Positions 38,560 through 38,662 of a DNA stretch of 38,662 nucleotides are shown here, in pieces. This DNA comes from Octopus sinensis. Its lineage: Eukaryota. The notes beneath the pieces are model-generated. The model was given only the letters and a program-made list of their open reading frames with translations. It was not told the origin of the DNA and did no database searches. Position 1 is the first letter of the stretch, and every line of letters starts with the position of its first letter. The stretch is taken from positions 1 to 38,662 of the forward strand of contig NW_021835772.1 in NCBI RefSeq assembly GCF_006345805.1, read 5' to 3'. The translations under genes were made by a program, and so were the position numbers.

Positions 38560-38662
38560 CACGGAGTGGTTGGCGTTAGGAAGGGCATCCAGCTGTAGAA
38601 ACACTGCCAGATCAGACTGGAGCCTGGTGCAGCCTCCTGGCTTCCCAGAACCCGGTCAAACT
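38560..38662 (+). mobile_element. Dispersed repeat (SINE/RTE-related), truncated by the window end
   Basis: ggagtggttggcgttaggaagggcatccagctgtagaaac...; recognised from memory as a common octopus repeat, not verified. Confidence 0.55.

Overview
AT-rich, microsatellite-dense eukaryotic DNA. It is most likely from an octopus/coleoid genome; this is inferred from the SINE families, C2H2-ZNF relics and (TA)n/(TACA)n/(TATC)n tracts and was not verified by a search. Most of the window is transposon-derived: an internally deleted CR1-group LINE, a REL-endonuclease (CRE-like) retrotransposon split into two opposite-strand pieces, a full-length decayed Penelope-like element (PLE) with terminal direct repeats and a nested mariner, a Helitron helicase fragment, a full-length R4/Dong element inserted in (TAA)n, a very young RTE LINE broken only by three homopolymer frameshifts, older RTE and PLE fragments, and many SINEs. 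No complete host gene is recognisable. Host-like material is limited to a SINE-interrupted C2H2-ZNF pseudogene, a promoter-like island at ~29.0-30.6 kb and a candidate small exon at 33.5-33.7 kb. The most notable observation is a non-coding 429-bp unit carrying a complete type I hammerhead ribozyme (CUGAUGA / GAAA / GUC, palindromic stem III), present head-to-head and partially in tandem at 20069-20990 (retrozyme/PLE-like). Several minimal or decayed hammerhead-like motifs occur elsewhere. All structures were derived by eye; no folding or database search was run.
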